64,000 nt of DNA from Ranitomeya imitator (Eukaryota), in assembly GCF_032444005.1 (NCBI RefSeq), contig NC_091283.1, forward strand, positions 435,798,001-435,862,000. Direction: 5' to 3'. Made by a program: the position numbers and the translations under genes. Positions within the stretch are counted from its first letter, which is position 1. The number at the start of each line of letters is the position of its first letter. Shown here one piece after another: positions 63,812 through 64,000 of the stretch. The notes beneath the pieces were generated by a model. It searched no databases and was not told the DNA's origin. It saw only the letters and a program-made list of their open reading frames with translations.

Positions 63812-64000
63812 CATGCAGTGAGATGTTGAGAACTGATGATCTTAAAGCCGAGAAGGCAAGAATGGAAACAACAAATGTAATAACCAATAGGAACCTCTAT
63901 TTTTACATCATATAGTCAGTATTCTGTAATTTAAAGGGAATCTGACAGCATGCCTTTGCTATGTAATCTGAGGCTTTGATCTTTGCATTGTATCACTTAT

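Noticed and set aside
54529-64000. PFDN4 final coding exon (KNLQEEI...NLEADES-like)
   Set aside because: No matching peptide found; it presumably lies beyond the window.

Overview
Eukaryotic, transposon-dense DNA. The repeat families (T2/Kolobok MITEs, TTAA-CCCC piggyBac-like elements, DIRS, Tc1, Helitrons with 20-bp satellites) point to an anuran frog, which is an inference. The only host gene I recognise is PFDN4 (prefoldin subunit 4, + strand): exons 1-3 lie at 34822-34845, 38280-38387 and 54391-54528, and the last exon is not seen in the window. Most of the rest is nested mobile DNA with resolvable TIRs and target-site duplications. Main observations: (i) a non-autonomous LTR retroelement (- strand, ~6.3-15.3 kb, tRNA-Ser PBS) whose only cargo is a decayed ORF with a Y-box-like cold-shock domain; (ii) a minimal U3-A8 hammerhead ribozyme motif in a Penelope-like insertion at 20.8 kb; (iii) a Helitron carrying a ~5.7-kb TACGTG-rich satellite that ends ~325 bp upstream of the PFDN4 ATG; (iv) three copies of a piggyBac-like element carrying telomere-like repeats; (v) an old, nearly gap-free ~440-bp palindrome at 21.8-22.2 kb. 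All alignments were done by eye; no database searches were run.
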